Assembly (NCBI GenBank): GCA_951406725.2
Contig: OX597814.1
Coordinates: forward strand, 72,044,001-72,108,000
Reading direction: 5' to 3'
Length of the DNA stretch: 64,000 nt
Source of the DNA: Octopus vulgaris
Taxonomy: Eukaryota
A model generated the notes under the pieces. That model worked only from the letters and a program-made list of their open reading frames with translations. It made no database searches and was not told the origin of the DNA. The first letter of the stretch is position 1; every line of letters starts with the position of its first letter. Positions 24,300-37,895 of this stretch are shown in pieces. The translations under genes were made by a program, and so were the position numbers.

Positions 24300-25142
24300 C
24301 AAGATTTTGACTTATTGTTTTTTCAAATCTTTGAAAATACACATCCAGCTTGTCCAAATTAGCTTTGGTGATGCATTAAAAATTGAGACATACATTCCTG
24401 TTTGTCTTCTAAACTGTAATAAAGGCTGCTTAGCATGTCATAGAAACCACAATATATTGACAAACGATATTTATAAACTATAGTAGATTTTGATTCTCTG
24501 AGTTTGAAATTGATTTTTGTACTAAACTATGATGAATTTTAAGTCGTGATGTCCCACAATCTAGATTCTGATATTTTAATAGAAAAATATACAAGCAAAA
24601 ATTGATTAATTTGTTCCAAAATGGTTAAGAGGTTGAAGGTGTTTATGCTAAATAGGCAAACTATTTAAAAAAAAACAACAGATACCTGCAGAAATTTTCT
24701 TAGTTTCCTCAGAAAAGAGAGAAAGTAAAGTCACAAGGAAAAAGTAATAATATGCCAAAACTTTTACTTGAAATATTCTTGTAAATTTTGAAGTTATTTG
24801 ATAAATGATCTCAGATTGTGTGTTAAACTCAAGCAAATTACATAATGGAAAAGTCTTTTGTAACCAAGGAAGAACACACAAAAATCTGTTTTATTTATTT
24901 TTCATTTATTTCTCAATAGTATTGTTTATTATGAAAGTGACAGAAAGTTCTCTTGCACTTCTGTGGTCTGACCACTGAGACCATTTAAGAGATAGAGCGT
25001 GAAAGTATATCAGTACCAAATCACAGATCTACAACAGAATTTTTGAGATTTTCTTAATGGACAGTACTTTCAAGCAGTAAATGAAAAGGCTTTGCATGCT
25101 TTGTCTAAAATGACTGTTTCATGATGTAATCTTGTAAATATA

Positions 25143-25170
25143 CTAGCTGAAAAACCGCACTCTGTGCAAG
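25143..25170 (-). mobile_element. Helitron-like 3' terminus
   Basis: Minus strand hairpin TTGCAC-AGA-GTGCGG, 8 nt spacer, then CTAG|T. Confidence 0.45.
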
Positions 25171-28041
25171 CTTTTAAGCTAGCTCCTGTGGAGGGCTAAT
25201 TGGGCCTGCGGCCCAAAGTGAAAGTAGATAGCATGGCTATAATATGTCTATAATGACTATATGCCCCAGTGGTGTTTGATGAGAAGTTAAGGACAGATGA
25301 GAATTAATTCTGTAATGCAACCATTCTATTGCTCTTGTCCCAAGTTGAATTCCAACTGTTGGACATTCTGTCCCAAAGTTCTTATCTCAATGTAAAATTA
25401 ATGATGCAAATGTCTTCTATCTTCTCCTTGATCTCTGATGTCATCTGACAAATGCCAACCAAGATGGCATGAATCAACCACGGTTTTCCTGCTAGAAATA
25501 GCAACCCAAATGCTTTTAAATCTGATCCCAATACTGATGTTCAAGAACCAAATGAAGAGCAGATTTTCAATCCTGAGATTATCATAACTCCAAAAGTGTA
25601 TAATATGTCTATGTAGAGCAAATGTAGACTGAGATACAAGGGTCCCAGACAGAATTTCATGTTTATTATTATAGAAGTAATTCGTTAATAATAGTGTCAT
25701 TTCATCTTTAGAATTCCTTAGCCATACACAGTTCCCATATGGTAAATTTCTTTGTTTACTTTCTGTTAATTCTTTTAATCAATGCCAAAAAATTAGTTAC
25801 TCATTCTGCTTCAGTCTTCTTTATCCTTAGAATGAATAAGAAGTTATGCATTATATGCTATGTGCAGAAGTTCAAAAGCAAAAATAGATGTATTACAAAG
25901 CTCTTTAGTCAGCAGAATCCTGAGGGACATCCAGAGATCAGACACATCTTAAAAGGTAATATTATGGTATTGCTGAATTCCAAGCACAAGACAATCAATA
26001 AAAGTTGAAATGTTGACAGAGAAAACAATCAAGCAAGATATAAAAGAATGTTAACTGCTGGTAGGGACAACAGTGTATAAGTTAATACTGTGTCCTACTT
26101 TTTGTGTTAGTTGTGTGATTTAATCACTTTAAGCCTATCTCTATTGATTTTCTATTGAATTTAGATCTAGAACTAAAAATTATGATGTTTCATATACAAA
26201 TACATCTATATAGACAATGTGCTTGAAGATAGAAAAGCAAGTTAATTAGTGTATATGCATATTTCAGGCATTATTGCTCCTTCTTCAGTACCACATCCAA
26301 CCCATTAACAATCCACAACCACATTGCTTAAATAGCAAGCATCAATCTAGTTCTATGAAACAAGTTTACTTCACCAGAACTCACAAACATTAATGCCAGT
26401 GACTGTCCACTCCCATCACAACTAAAAGATCACCACCACACAACACCTTTCTTTCAGTGCTACAAGAAGATATGTAATATGAAATTATATATCTAAAAAG
26501 ATAAGTAATTTCAGTAAATGAGTTTTACATTGAACTAGTTGTCACCATTATAGACCATGAGAATACTAGTGGGGGGTTTATTCCTCACATTTAATAAACT
26601 CTGGTATGAACAAAATCTATTGCACTTTTGAAAAGTTTTATTGCAAATAACTGCAACTGTTACCAGATCCTGAAATGCACGTTCATTAAGTGTGTTTGGG
26701 GGCTAAGAAACAAGAACTAAGTACTCTTCTGTAGAAGAAACAAAGTTTAACCTTATTTTGTGAGGATCTTTTATTTAAAAACTTCTGTTTGCCACCATAT
26801 CTGTTTCTGTTTCTTCATTCAGTGAATTTCTTTGGATTGTTTCTTGCTGATATTTCAGTGTCATTTGTACCTACCAGCAATCTAAGTGATATTGGGATTA
26901 TCAATTCTGGGCAGCAGTGATCATTGCATCAATTATTTCATTTAGTGATGCAGACCCTACAAATCCTTTGAACTTTACAAAGTCTGCTGCATATTTTCTT
27001 CAAGTTTTTCCTAAAGAAATTTTTGTCAAGATGAGCAGTGAGCCCACAAGATATGTGTGCCTATAGGGCAACATGATCTTTACATCAATGGAGATTAAGG
27101 CATATCTCAGAATACAATTTCTAATAAGAGTTGTGCAATATCTAAATTGCAGAGACTACTGGAGTGCAAGTTCAACCCTGTGACAAGGCGTCAATGCCCA
27201 TACAGGAATCTTGTAAATCTTGTAAATATATGAGGAAACATTTATAATCAAATTACATATCTTTATTCAACTTACTAGGGCAGCTGACAGTGACATGACA
27301 TCAGTAAAACTCAACAAGTAAAGCCATACTATACATCAGCAATTATTGTAGTCTATCATCAAATTTAGAAATTCATGCAATAGTTATTTCTTATGACTTT
27401 CATACTGAACTGACTGCATTTTCATAAAAATCTCTAGTTTCTAGCAGGATTGGAAGATTTATCTAGAGGAAAACACAACAGGACTTTATAGGTTAATAAA
27501 GTAAGATGTTCTAGCAAAGGGACCTGTATCATATAATAGTTGATTGTTTGCATCTCGGCTATGCAACTACAAATCCTGTAAATATTTAAAATTTGTAAGC
27601 AAGCATGATCCTTATCATGTGACACAAGCATCAAATACAAAAAGAAAAACTAAATTGTCATGGGAAAGAGATCAGTAATTACTTTAGCTGAATCTTGTGA
27701 GAAAAATAATGCAGAAAGTTACATATCCAGTTATAAGAGAGTGAGAATGATAAATGAATGAAAATGTAATTTGTTTAGAAACAAACCAAATGGGTGTGGA
27801 CAGGAAAGAAAATAATAGTTAACAGCAGCCAGCATTAATAATTACATAAGTTACTTGGTTACAAGAGGAGTAATTATGTATTTAAGCTAAAATATATAAA
27901 TGGATATCAGCTATCAGATTAATTTTATGTCATGATTGTAAATCAAGGCAAGAAGTCTATGTACACACAGTCGCATAACTTGAATAGAATGCAGAAGTAG
28001 ACACTTATGAAGAAATTAAATCTTTTGTTCAACAATGATAT

Positions 28042-28877
28042 TGTTACGGAATCACCCGTCGCCGCTCGCCCGAATGGGCAAGTTCGCCACGGAACCCAGA
28101 GAGAGGAGAGACACAACACAACAACAACAACTGCAGCAGCAGCACAGAGAGATACAGAGGCAACCGAGAGAGAGACACAAAACGGCAAGGCAACAACTGG
28201 CTTACATTTAACAACTAGTTTATGACAATCAATTGTTACATCAAGATACATCAAAGCATTTAAAGGAAATAACAAATCAATACATCATACGGGTATACCA
28301 CAGATCAAAGCATTTAAACATGCAAGTAACAATATAACAGTCCGGAGACAACAGTTCTATTTCAAAGGTACACGTCCGAAGACACAGTTCTAGGCCTAAC
28401 AGTTCAATTGTTCATTATACAATGTTTGTATCACAACAATTCACGTTACAATTCAATGTTCATTATCGACTACATCAGAGTCCTTCTTTTTCTCTCTCTT
28501 CCTTCTTTCTCTTTATTTCTTTTACATCGTAACACGTATCAATACAATTAAATACCTTAATTCCTAATTAGAATAGCCAGTGTCCCATATTGCACCTCAT
28601 CTCTCTCTGTACCGCTTATTCCTCTGTATATATCCCTTTCTGCACTGCCAGCTCCAACCTGCCAAGCCCTCACATCCCAACCGCCTGCTCTGATCTTTCT
28701 CACCACTTTCCTTCTTCCTCACATCTCTCTGACCCCCAATCGACCGGCAAGGCCAAAGGTCCCTCCGAAAGGCCATTACTCTTCCAGTAAACAAAGGGCT
28801 GTTGCTTTTCTTCCAGACGTGCCGGCGCCTCTCCCAAAAAGTGGGTCAAGAAATACTGCACTAGCCAAACCATAACA
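28042..28877 (-). mobile_element. solo LTR (Ty3/gypsy-like)
   Basis: TGTTACGG ... CCATAACA termini (7/8 inverted match); 4-bp TSD ATAT; minus-strand TATA-like (~28630) followed by AATAAA (~28515). Confidence 0.85.
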
Positions 28878-29359
28878 ATATAAAGGGCTTCTGGGGTTAT
28901 AAACTGAGATCAATTTTCACAACTTATTAATATAATTGAAGATAAATTTGACATATTACTTGCTATTATGATGGTATCTAATTAACCAGGTGTGACCTGT
29001 AAAATTAGAAACTTATCACGTGCCAGTTGATAAAACAATAAGACAAATTGAAATAACAAACATTTGAAATGTTTTGGTAATGACAGGAAAGAAGATTAAA
29101 TTTTACAATAATGTTTTCTATTTTCTATCATTCATTAATCTTCAAATTGTCTGTAATTCCACAATTTATTTCAAACTTTATATTAGATGAGGTACTGTCT
29201 TCTTGATATCTTGTTTGAAAAGATCTGTATTATAACTGAAAATATAACAGAATATATCAATTTGGTGAGAAGGGTTTTTTTTTTTTTTGGTGAATCATGG
29301 AAAAATATATGTATTTAGAATACAGGTAGTTCACTAGTCACCATAGTTGTCCAACCCAC

Positions 29360-30115
29360 ACCAGAGAAATTTAAGAGTGGCTATCCTTGGGAACTACTAC
29401 ATGGGAACGACTTGCTATCACATCTGTAGTAGAATTAGAAAAGAAATTACAGATGTGCAGGCAAAATCTGGAATCAAAGAGCAAAGACTAAAATTCTTGT
29501 AAGCAGGAAAACTGTCAGAATTCTACTCCCATCAGGTAAATAGCCCTGCTCAATATGTAGGCAGAAATACCTCATGCACATTATGGACATGCAAGTGGTG
29601 CAGTGGAACAACAGGAAAGTTAACAGAGTAAATTGTTTTTCTTTGTGGAAGATGCACACAGGAAATACATTTTTTAGAATGCTCTGGAGGATCCCTTGAG
29701 GTAGTAAATAGTTTCTGTTACCTAGGTATCCTAATTAGCTGTAGAGGAGGATGTTCTGAAAGTATAGTTGTTAGACTAAGAATTGATTGAACATTTAGAA
29801 ACCTATTAACTTCTGTTGACAATAAAATGTCGCTCTCTCTCAAAACAAAATGCAGATTGTATGATGCTTGTGTATGAACTGCAAAACTACATGGTTCTGA
29901 CACATGGGACCTGAATACGAAAGACAAGTAAACATTAGAAAGAAATGAAGCTTGCATGCTCCATTGGATATGCAACATCAGCATGTGTATGACAAAGTTC
30001 ACATGTGTTGAAATGGATGAAACTTGTGAAAGGAAGAAACTCAAGATGATATGGGACTAAGTATTGAAGGCTGATCTCAAAATTTTGAGCCTCATGACAG
30101 AACTGAAATGATTGG
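29360..30115 (+). mobile_element. old degenerate RTE fragment
   Basis: Recognisable PSGK*PCSICR, FCYLG, RLYDACV, LHGSDTW, LERNEA remnants. Confidence 0.8.
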
Positions 30116-31747
30116 TGTTTCTCGTAACATGCAACCCTCGTCATCTTTTTTTTCCTGTTAATAATGATGATGATGTATCTTAATGCTATGTCATTTACCC
30201 CCAGTCTTACCTAAAGATTTGTAATTTAATGGACATGTTCATTAAATTTAACTAACAAACAACTGTTCATTATACACCACTTTCCTATATTTAAAGCTTA
30301 GCAAAAAAGAAACACATCCTAGTAGAATGAAGCCTTCTTAAGTGCATATTGTAGATATAAATGATCATAATCTGAGGATGCCATAATTGCAGTAATACTC
30401 TTTTAGCATTAACCAGGGGAAATGGAAATTAAGTTTTAATTCCTTTCTTACACTTGCTGTTTCATTTTCATTCTTTGTCTAGGTATTTAGTCTCGCAAAT
30501 ATATTATATAAATAACCATGGCTCATTAATCAATTAATTACCATGATGAGAGCTGTGGAGTTGGTTCTATTCCTAATGTGTCAGTTATGGGTAATATGGT
30601 TGCAATCAGAAGTAAAATATTACATCTAGAATATCAAGGCTATATTTTAGTTCAAGTTTTATCCTTTTATCATAAAAGCATTAACTCAATGGTAATTTAT
30701 TGTTGTTTATTCCACCTTCTAATATTAAATTTTCATTTTCTTTTGATTCTACAAAGTCAACTGGTGTATGTCTGACATTTTAATTCTTCTAAGCTCCTTT
30801 ATCTTTTCAAATCTTGTCAGCATTTAGCCTTTTATTTTTACTATTCTTTTAGGAGAAATTACTTAAATTCCAATGGCTATATTTTTACATAATCTAATTA
30901 AAATATTTTGATGTTTTTTTTTCTACATTCCAAGTAGTTTTACTAAATCCCAAATATTCAGAATTTTTTTTCAAAAAGTTCAAGAATGATTATTGTGTCT
31001 ACTCCTATGAAAGCAGGGTTCACTTCATTTCAATACCATATTTTAGGGGTGGAAAAGAAGGCTGGGCTCTAATTTCAAAATTAACAAAATTCAAGAGCTC
31101 ATTTCAAAATGATTAAAATCATGATCCCATTTCTTAATACTTGAGGTGAGGTTGGATTGTATAATTCAAGCCCATGCAGCACCACTATCTTTTCAGGAGG
31201 CTTTCTCCTTTCATATGATTCAGGGATTGGATCACTCAGCTGTATCACACATCTAATCAACATTTCCCCTCTGTTCACAAGCTTACAAATATTTTCTGAG
31301 AGGAATTGGGCAATCATGTTGTTAGGGTGCTAGATAATCAGCCAAGAGAGGGGTTTTTTTTTTTTTTTTTTTTTTTGAGCATTCATATCCTGGTCATTTA
31401 TTTTACATATATATAGCCCAGTCCATCTGCTATAAATGGGTGCCACAGGATAATAGGATAGAGATAAATTGCTATATGTTTCATTGTTTGTATGTTCAGT
31501 CTCCTTAACAGATATCATTCTCATCTGTTTAGCTATACAGCTTCAAAACAATCTTACTGCTTCAATGCAATAGTTTATCGTAAGGTGTATTAGCCATCTG
31601 AATGTGGCTAGCCACTGGGGGGGGGGGGGGTTACTGATGCTTTTAGCCCCAGGCGATCAACGTCACCAGAAGGACTTTAGACACTATCCCAGTGCCCTTG
31701 TGTTATTTGCAAAGGGAGGTCATCCTCCCTCGAAGACCCAAGTACTA

Positions 31748-31792
31748 CATACGGACTATAGTTTCAAGGTAATTGCCTCTCGTCAACGCATG
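31748..31792 (-). ncRNA. type I hammerhead ribozyme, copy 1
   Basis: CAUGCG-UUGACGA-GAGG(CAAUUA)CCUU-GAAAC(UAUA)GUC^CGUAUG; stems I, II and III all pair; C3 is U. Confidence 0.85.
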
Positions 31793-32105
31793 GTAAGCAC
31801 CGGTCTTCGATGAAGGAGTCCCCTTGCAAATATATATATAACGTTTTTCACAGCAACCACTGTCACTGATTTAGAAAAACTGTCTGAAAACAATAATAAA
31901 TCTCTGAACGAGATATAAACAGTAACCGCTCGACAACGTAAGGTGTATTAGCCATCTGGATGTGGCTAGCCACTGGTGGGGTGGGGTGTTACTGATGCTT
32001 TTAGCCCCAGGCGATCAACGTCACCAGAAGGACTTTAGACACTATCTCAGTGCCCTTGTGTTATTTGCAAAGGGAGGTCATCCTCCCTCGAAGACCCGAG
32101 TACTA

Positions 32106-32150
32106 CATACAGACTATAGTTTCAAGGTAATTGCCTCTCGTCAACGCATG
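32106..32150 (-). ncRNA. type I hammerhead ribozyme, copy 2
   Basis: Same as copy 1 except the first stem I pair is G-U (UGUAUG). Confidence 0.82.
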
Positions 32151-32804
32151 GTAAGCACCGGTCTTCGATGGAGTTCCCTTGCAAATAAATATATAACATT
32201 TTTCACAGCAACCACTGTCACTGATTTAGAAAAACTGTCTGAAAACAATAATAAATCTCTGAACGAGATATAAACAGTAACCGCTCGACAACGTAAGGTG
32301 TATTGGCCATCTGAATGTGGCTAGTCACTGGGGGGGGTTACTGATGCTTTTAGCCCCAGTTCTCCTTATAACCAAAAGATTAGTAAACTGTTGGTCCATG
32401 AAGTAATATCCAATATCTTGCCTGTAGAAAATGTATACTCATTTAAATAATAATTGCTTGATGGACATCAGCCTGAAAATTTCATCAAAGAAGTCATAAA
32501 AGCACAATATTATAAAAAAAAATCTGAAATTTAATAATTTTCTCCTTTAGAAAAGTTCATTTATGGTCTACAAGTCAAACAATGATAGAAGAAATTTGTA
32601 AGTTTCTTAGTCCTCGAGTTATATGAAGACATCAAATTCTATTTATTAAAACAGAATTATAAGGCTTATGACACTTCTGTTAAGGTAATTTCTGAGAAAC
32701 TTAGCTCAAATGTGTATCATAGTTTGGGTTAGTGAGCTCAAAATCTACATGAAGACTCTTTTATTGAAATTGTTTTGTGTAAGTTTGTTTGTTTTTGTTT
32801 TTTG

Positions 32805-33018
32805 TTTTTCCAGTTTCAGCTCTTGAGCTGTGGCCATGCTGGGGCACCGCCATTGTGGTGAAAGAGTACAGCAGGGATCACCACCCCCTGCCGGAGCCTC
32901 GTAGAGCTTTTAGGTGTTTTCGCTCAATAAACACACACAACGCCCGGTCTGAGAATCGAAACCGCGATCCTGCGACCGCGAGTCCGCTGCCCTAACCACT
33001 AGGCCATTGCGCCTCTAC
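32805..33018 (-). mobile_element. tRNA-derived SINE
   Basis: Minus strand A-box TGGCCTAGTGG and B-box-like GGTTTCGATTC in a tRNA-like head at ~32942-33016. Confidence 0.85.
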
Positions 33019-34727
33019 AAGTATTTGCTGGCATTTAACATTTGTGACATATAACTCTTATCTGCAGGGAAGAAGGGATTGAACATTTGTTCATAATAAA
33101 AAAATAGTGTTCACTAAATACATGACTTCTGATGAATAATTAACTTTGCTTTAGTTATATTAGCTCTGACAATTGTTCAGGAACAACATAGTAGTCAGCA
33201 CTATAAAACTTAGCCCCTCCAGTGTTGTTGGACAACTAGAGGAAGTCTCATTGAAAACACATTTAATGGCTATTTATCATCATTTATGAAAAACTCTTTT
33301 TCATTCAGCTGTTATTATCTAAGAAAATTTTCTTATACACAGTGACATTTATTGTCTCAGATGTTATCTGATAACATTTTTGGATATTTTATGAGGCAGA
33401 TCATCCTTAATCTTTTTTTAAACGCAATTGTAAGAGGTATATTTTGATCAGTGTCAGAGATTTTATATATATATATATATATACACATATACATACATAC
33501 TTTTTTGTAGTGAGGTATACTGCAAAACTAGATGGGTTTCACTGGAAGGAAATGACTGACTAAGAGCAAGAGGAGGCATCATTCTACTAGTGTAAACAAA
33601 GACAACAAACCAATATGACAAGTGAATGGTTTTCTTTTACTATTTTAAAATTGTTGTGGTTTCTTACTTATTAAAATATAATTTGTGTTATAAATTTGGA
33701 AATAACAAACATTAAAATGTGTTGTTACGTAGACACATAGAAGCCATTTTACCATGAAAATAACTTATCCCAAAATTCTGTTTGAAAGCTCATTAATATG
33801 GTCATATTTGTCGGTCTCGTCATCATATTTAAACCTATGTTCAATAATGGCAGCTGCAGTTTGCTAAACTTAATGTGAAGCTTACTGAGTTTTCAGTATT
33901 GTCTCTTTTATTTTCTTCTGTTCTACTCTGAGCTTTTGTCTTTGATTTTAAATAGTATGTTTTTTGCAATCAGAAATTCTTGACTTTGCTGTTTCATCTC
34001 TTATTGATACTTTCTGTGATTCTAAGGTGTTTGCTTTCCTTTTCTAAGCCCTCTCACAAGTCTATAGGTTTTACCTGTAAATTCTATAGAATAAATTTAA
34101 CTTTGGCATGTAGAGTTACTTCTGAATGTTACTTTGATCTTCTTTTAACCATATGTATCTTCCCATGCAGTCACGTTGGATTTTACTTTAACCCTATCTT
34201 TGTGATAGACAGGGTTTTGTACATTTGTTTTTGTGTGGAATATTCTTAGTCCAAAAGTAATATTACTGGAACAAATGACCTTTGTCAAACACTAGGCTCT
34301 TAACCACTGTGTGGTTAAGAAGTTTGCTTCACTACTGCTTAGTTTTAGGTTTAGCCCCTCTATGCAATACCTTGGGTAATTGTCATCGTATGAGAGCTGA
34401 ACCAACCAATACTTTGTGAGTGAATTTTGTCAATAGAAACTGTTGAGATCCCATTGAACAAGTATATATATGTGTGCTTGTGCAAATCTATCTCTGAATA
34501 AAGTTTGCATTTCTTGTTGACAAGTTGCTCTGCACTTATAAAAAACTGGGAGAATAAAGGAACCTCTTGGAAAACTGATAAGAGTTGGCAGCAGGAAAAG
34601 CATCCATCCATAAAATGCTTATTTCAAATGCATCTTGTCCAAACCTATGCTAATATGGAAAAATGGATGTTAAACAAATTAATGAATGTGTTATGTATTT
34701 AATGGTATCTTTCATCACACTGTTCAG

Positions 34728-34771
34728 CTGCTTCTTCATATTAAGTTATATGGATCTACATATGGAGTCAG
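34728..34771 (+). CDS. candidate exon of IQCH-like gene
   Basis: gttcag / AG-gttaga; LLLHIKLYGSTYGV(S); phase 2 matches the next exon. Confidence 0.45.
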
Positions 34772-35161
34772 GTTAGATTTGGACATCTTCCTTGTGTTCT
34801 CTACAGGTTATTTCTTTTCGCTTATAAATCTCTACATACTCCATCCTGCTTCTCTACAGTTATTTCTTTCTTAGTGTCTTTCATGTTACTGAAACACTTA
34901 GCTTATCAGAAAATATTAAGACATGCAGAACATGGCCTTTTTTGAAAGACACAGAACTAAGTTTGTAAATGCAGGTTTTCTTCCTGTGTACTTGCTTTAT
35001 GTTAGGAAACTACAAATAAGACACCTGCCATCTCACAAGGAAGAATCTACTATAATAATACTCTTGTGTTTTTCTCCATCACAACATATGAATGAGAAAG
35101 GAAAGGGTGATAGATGAATTAGGAAGGAAGGGGTGAAAAAAATCAAATAGCATTTCAACTT

Positions 35162-35900
35162 TCATCATCGTTTAACATCCGCTTTCCATGCTGGCATGGG
35201 TTTGACTGAGGACTAGCAAGCCAGATGGCTGCACCAGGCTCTAATCTGATGTGACAAAGTTTCTACAGCTGGATGCCCTTCCTAACGCCAACCACTCTGA
35301 GAGTGTAGTGGGTGCTTTAACGTGCCACTGGCACAAGGGTCAGTCAGGCGGTACTGGTGATGGCCATGCACAAATGGTGTTTTTTTTTTATGTTTCACCT
35401 GCACAGGAGCCAGTCCAGTGACACTGGCAACGACCTCACTCGACTGTTGTTTTTCACATGCCAGTAAGGCAACGCTCATGCTCGGATGGTGCTTTTAATG
35501 TTTCACTGGCATGGGTGCCAGTCAGGTGCTGAGATCGACCACACCAGCAAATTTCATTTTGATTGTGATTTCACTTGCTTCAACAGGTCTTCGCAAGCAA
35601 AGTTTAGTGTCCAACAAAAGAAAGGTATGCATAAGTAGGCTGGTTACATCGCTGGCATAGGGCATGAGTTATGGTCTCACTTGGCTTGCTAGGTCTTCTC
35701 AAGCACAGCATATTTCCAAAAGTCTCGGTCACTAGTCATTGCCTTGATGAGGCCCAGTGTTCGAAGGTTATGGTTCATCACTTCATCCTAGGTCTTCCTG
35801 GGTCTATCTCTTCCCTCAATTGCTAGAGTGTGACACTTTTTCACACAGCTGTCCTCATCCATTCTCGCCACATGACCATACTAGTGCAATCGTCTCTCAG
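35162..35900 (-). mobile_element. RTE 3' fragment
   Basis: (ATC)n then reverse complement of RTE 3' UTR and RPRKT region. Confidence 0.88.
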
Positions 35901-36119
35901 TTATCCATCCATCTCCTTTATATACTATTGATATATGTATAGCATTGGTAAACTGAAACTGAAAACTTGCATTCAATGTAACAGTCCTAAGAAATATCAT
36001 CATGGATTTAATTCTGATTTGCATGTTATGTGGATTTCACTGCCAGAAATTCCTCTCTAGTATTAGGTCATCAAGTATGAAATTTGTAGAAAAGAAAAGA
36101 AAAAGTTTACTAATGTTTT

Positions 36120-37366
36120 ATAAATACAAGGAATAGTTTTATTCATCAAAGTATGCACCCATATTGTCAATACACTTCTGCCATTTCAGCGGTAGCTTGT
36201 CCAACCCAGAACTGTAAAAGCCTGGCAATCTAGAGTCAAAATTTTAGAAGGCCTGTTTTACAGCATCGTTGGAATTAAATTTTTTTCCTATCAAAGGATT
36301 ATCCAAATTCTGGAAGAAGTGGTAGTCAGTGGGGGCAACATCAGGTGAGTATGGTGAATGATGGAGAACTTTCAACTCCAACTCCTGTAGTTTCACCAAT
36401 GTCATTTTTGCAATATGTGGTTTGCCGTTGCTTGCAATAAAATGGGAATGGATCCGGTGACTAATCTAGGCTGTTTTTTAGTAAGTTTCTGCATAATTTT
36501 GTCCATTTGGCTGCAGTATGCTTCAGCTGAGATTGATGAGCCAGGTTTAATGAAACCAGACCACCAAACACACACCATCAGCTTCTTTTGATGAATTTTG
36601 CTTTTTGGACTGTGTTTGGTGACTCGTCATTGTCCAACCATTGTGCTGAATGTTTACGGTTGTTGTATTGGATCCATTTCTCATCACATGTTTGCAATTT
36701 GATTCAAAAATGATTCATTTTTGTGACAAGAAAGTAGCATAATGCAGGTTTTCAAACGATGCTGTTTCTAATTTTCATTGAATTCATGTGGAACCCACTT
36801 ATCCAACTGTTTCACATTACCAATTTGAACTAGGTGAGTCAGTATTGTTTGCTTGCTAACACCAAATAACAATGATGATTTACAGGCATTTTCAGATGGA
36901 TCTGACTTGACGCTGGCTTTCAGTTCATCATTATCCACCTTTGTTAAGGCAGCAGGCTGGCAGAAACATTAGCATGCTGGACGAAATGCTTAATGGTATT
37001 TTGTCTGTCTTTACGCTCTGAGTTCAAATTCTGCCATGGTCAACTTTGTTTTTCATCCTTTCACAGTCGTTAAATTAAGTACCAGTTGTGTACTGGGGTC
37101 GATCTAATCGACTGTCCCCCTCCCCAAAAATTTCAGGCCTTGTGCCTAGAGTAGAAAAGAGTATCCACCTTTGTTTCTGGTCAACTGCATTTCTCATTTG
37201 TTTGGTCAAAGTTACCAGAACAAAATTTTGCAAACCAATTTGATACTGTCTGCTGTGTAATAACATTAGAATGAAATACTCCATTAATATTCCGAGCTGT
37301 CTGTGATTTTGTATTTCCAAGAAAGAACTCATATTTCAAAACTGTACGAATTTCCGATTTATCCAT
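36120..37366 (-). mobile_element. decayed mariner transposase, interrupted by a SINE
   Basis: MDKSEIRTVLKYEF...WFAKFCSGNFD (HTH) and SPYSPDVAPTDYHFFQNLDN; inverted fragment of the same element at ~38075-38245. Confidence 0.85.
36946..37161 (+). mobile_element. SINE (tRNA-like head, CATCCTTTC..AAATTAAGTACCAG core)
   Basis: 14-bp TSD TATCCACCTTTGTT (36932-36945, 37162-37175); related copies at ~48664-48865 and ~49075-49270. Confidence 0.88.
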
Positions 37367-37836
37367 CTCTAAACAGATATAGCAAAAAATGATTTACAAA
37401 TACTTTATAAAGTGCAAAATGAGTTAGAATAAAGAAATAGATGTGTCAGCTTTCTAATAAAAAATAAAGATTGTCAAAATATAATAATGACGCAAAATGA
37501 GCAGCTGTATGTACATAGTTTACAAAAGCATATTTTTTTTATTAGTTACTTAGTGATTAATGAATTGATTTAGTATATTAGATTCCATTTACCTATATCA
37601 TTTCTGTATATATAGGTGTATCAGTCAGTATATGTGTGTATCTCCAAATTTACTTTTACCATGTATAAGACCATTCACACACACTCATTTACACTATAAA
37701 TGTTTGATTAAATGAGCAAAGAATGTGTAGGGTTATGACATCTCTCTCTAGTTGTGTCTCACTAAAGTACTCTAACTGTGACAGCCTGTTCAACCCATAC
37801 AAACATGGAGAGCTGACATAAAGTGGTGGTGGCCGC

Positions 37837-37895
<59 letters not shown>

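Larger units (their letters stand above)
31579..32359 (-). mobile_element. tandem ~357-bp hammerhead-containing repeat (non-LTR retrozyme-like)
   Basis: Units start at 31579, 31937 and 32292 (partial, 68 bp); each full unit has a type I hammerhead and several long stems. Confidence 0.85.

Noticed and set aside
31579-32359. CRISPR array, TRIM, or protein-coding repeat (ORFs 31604, 31962)
   Set aside because: Inter-repeat sequence is the same in each unit, there are no TG..CA ends, PBS or TSD, and the ORF differs by stop/indel between units
32942-33016. tRNA gene
   Set aside because: Continues into a SINE body and lacks a clean cloverleaf and terminator
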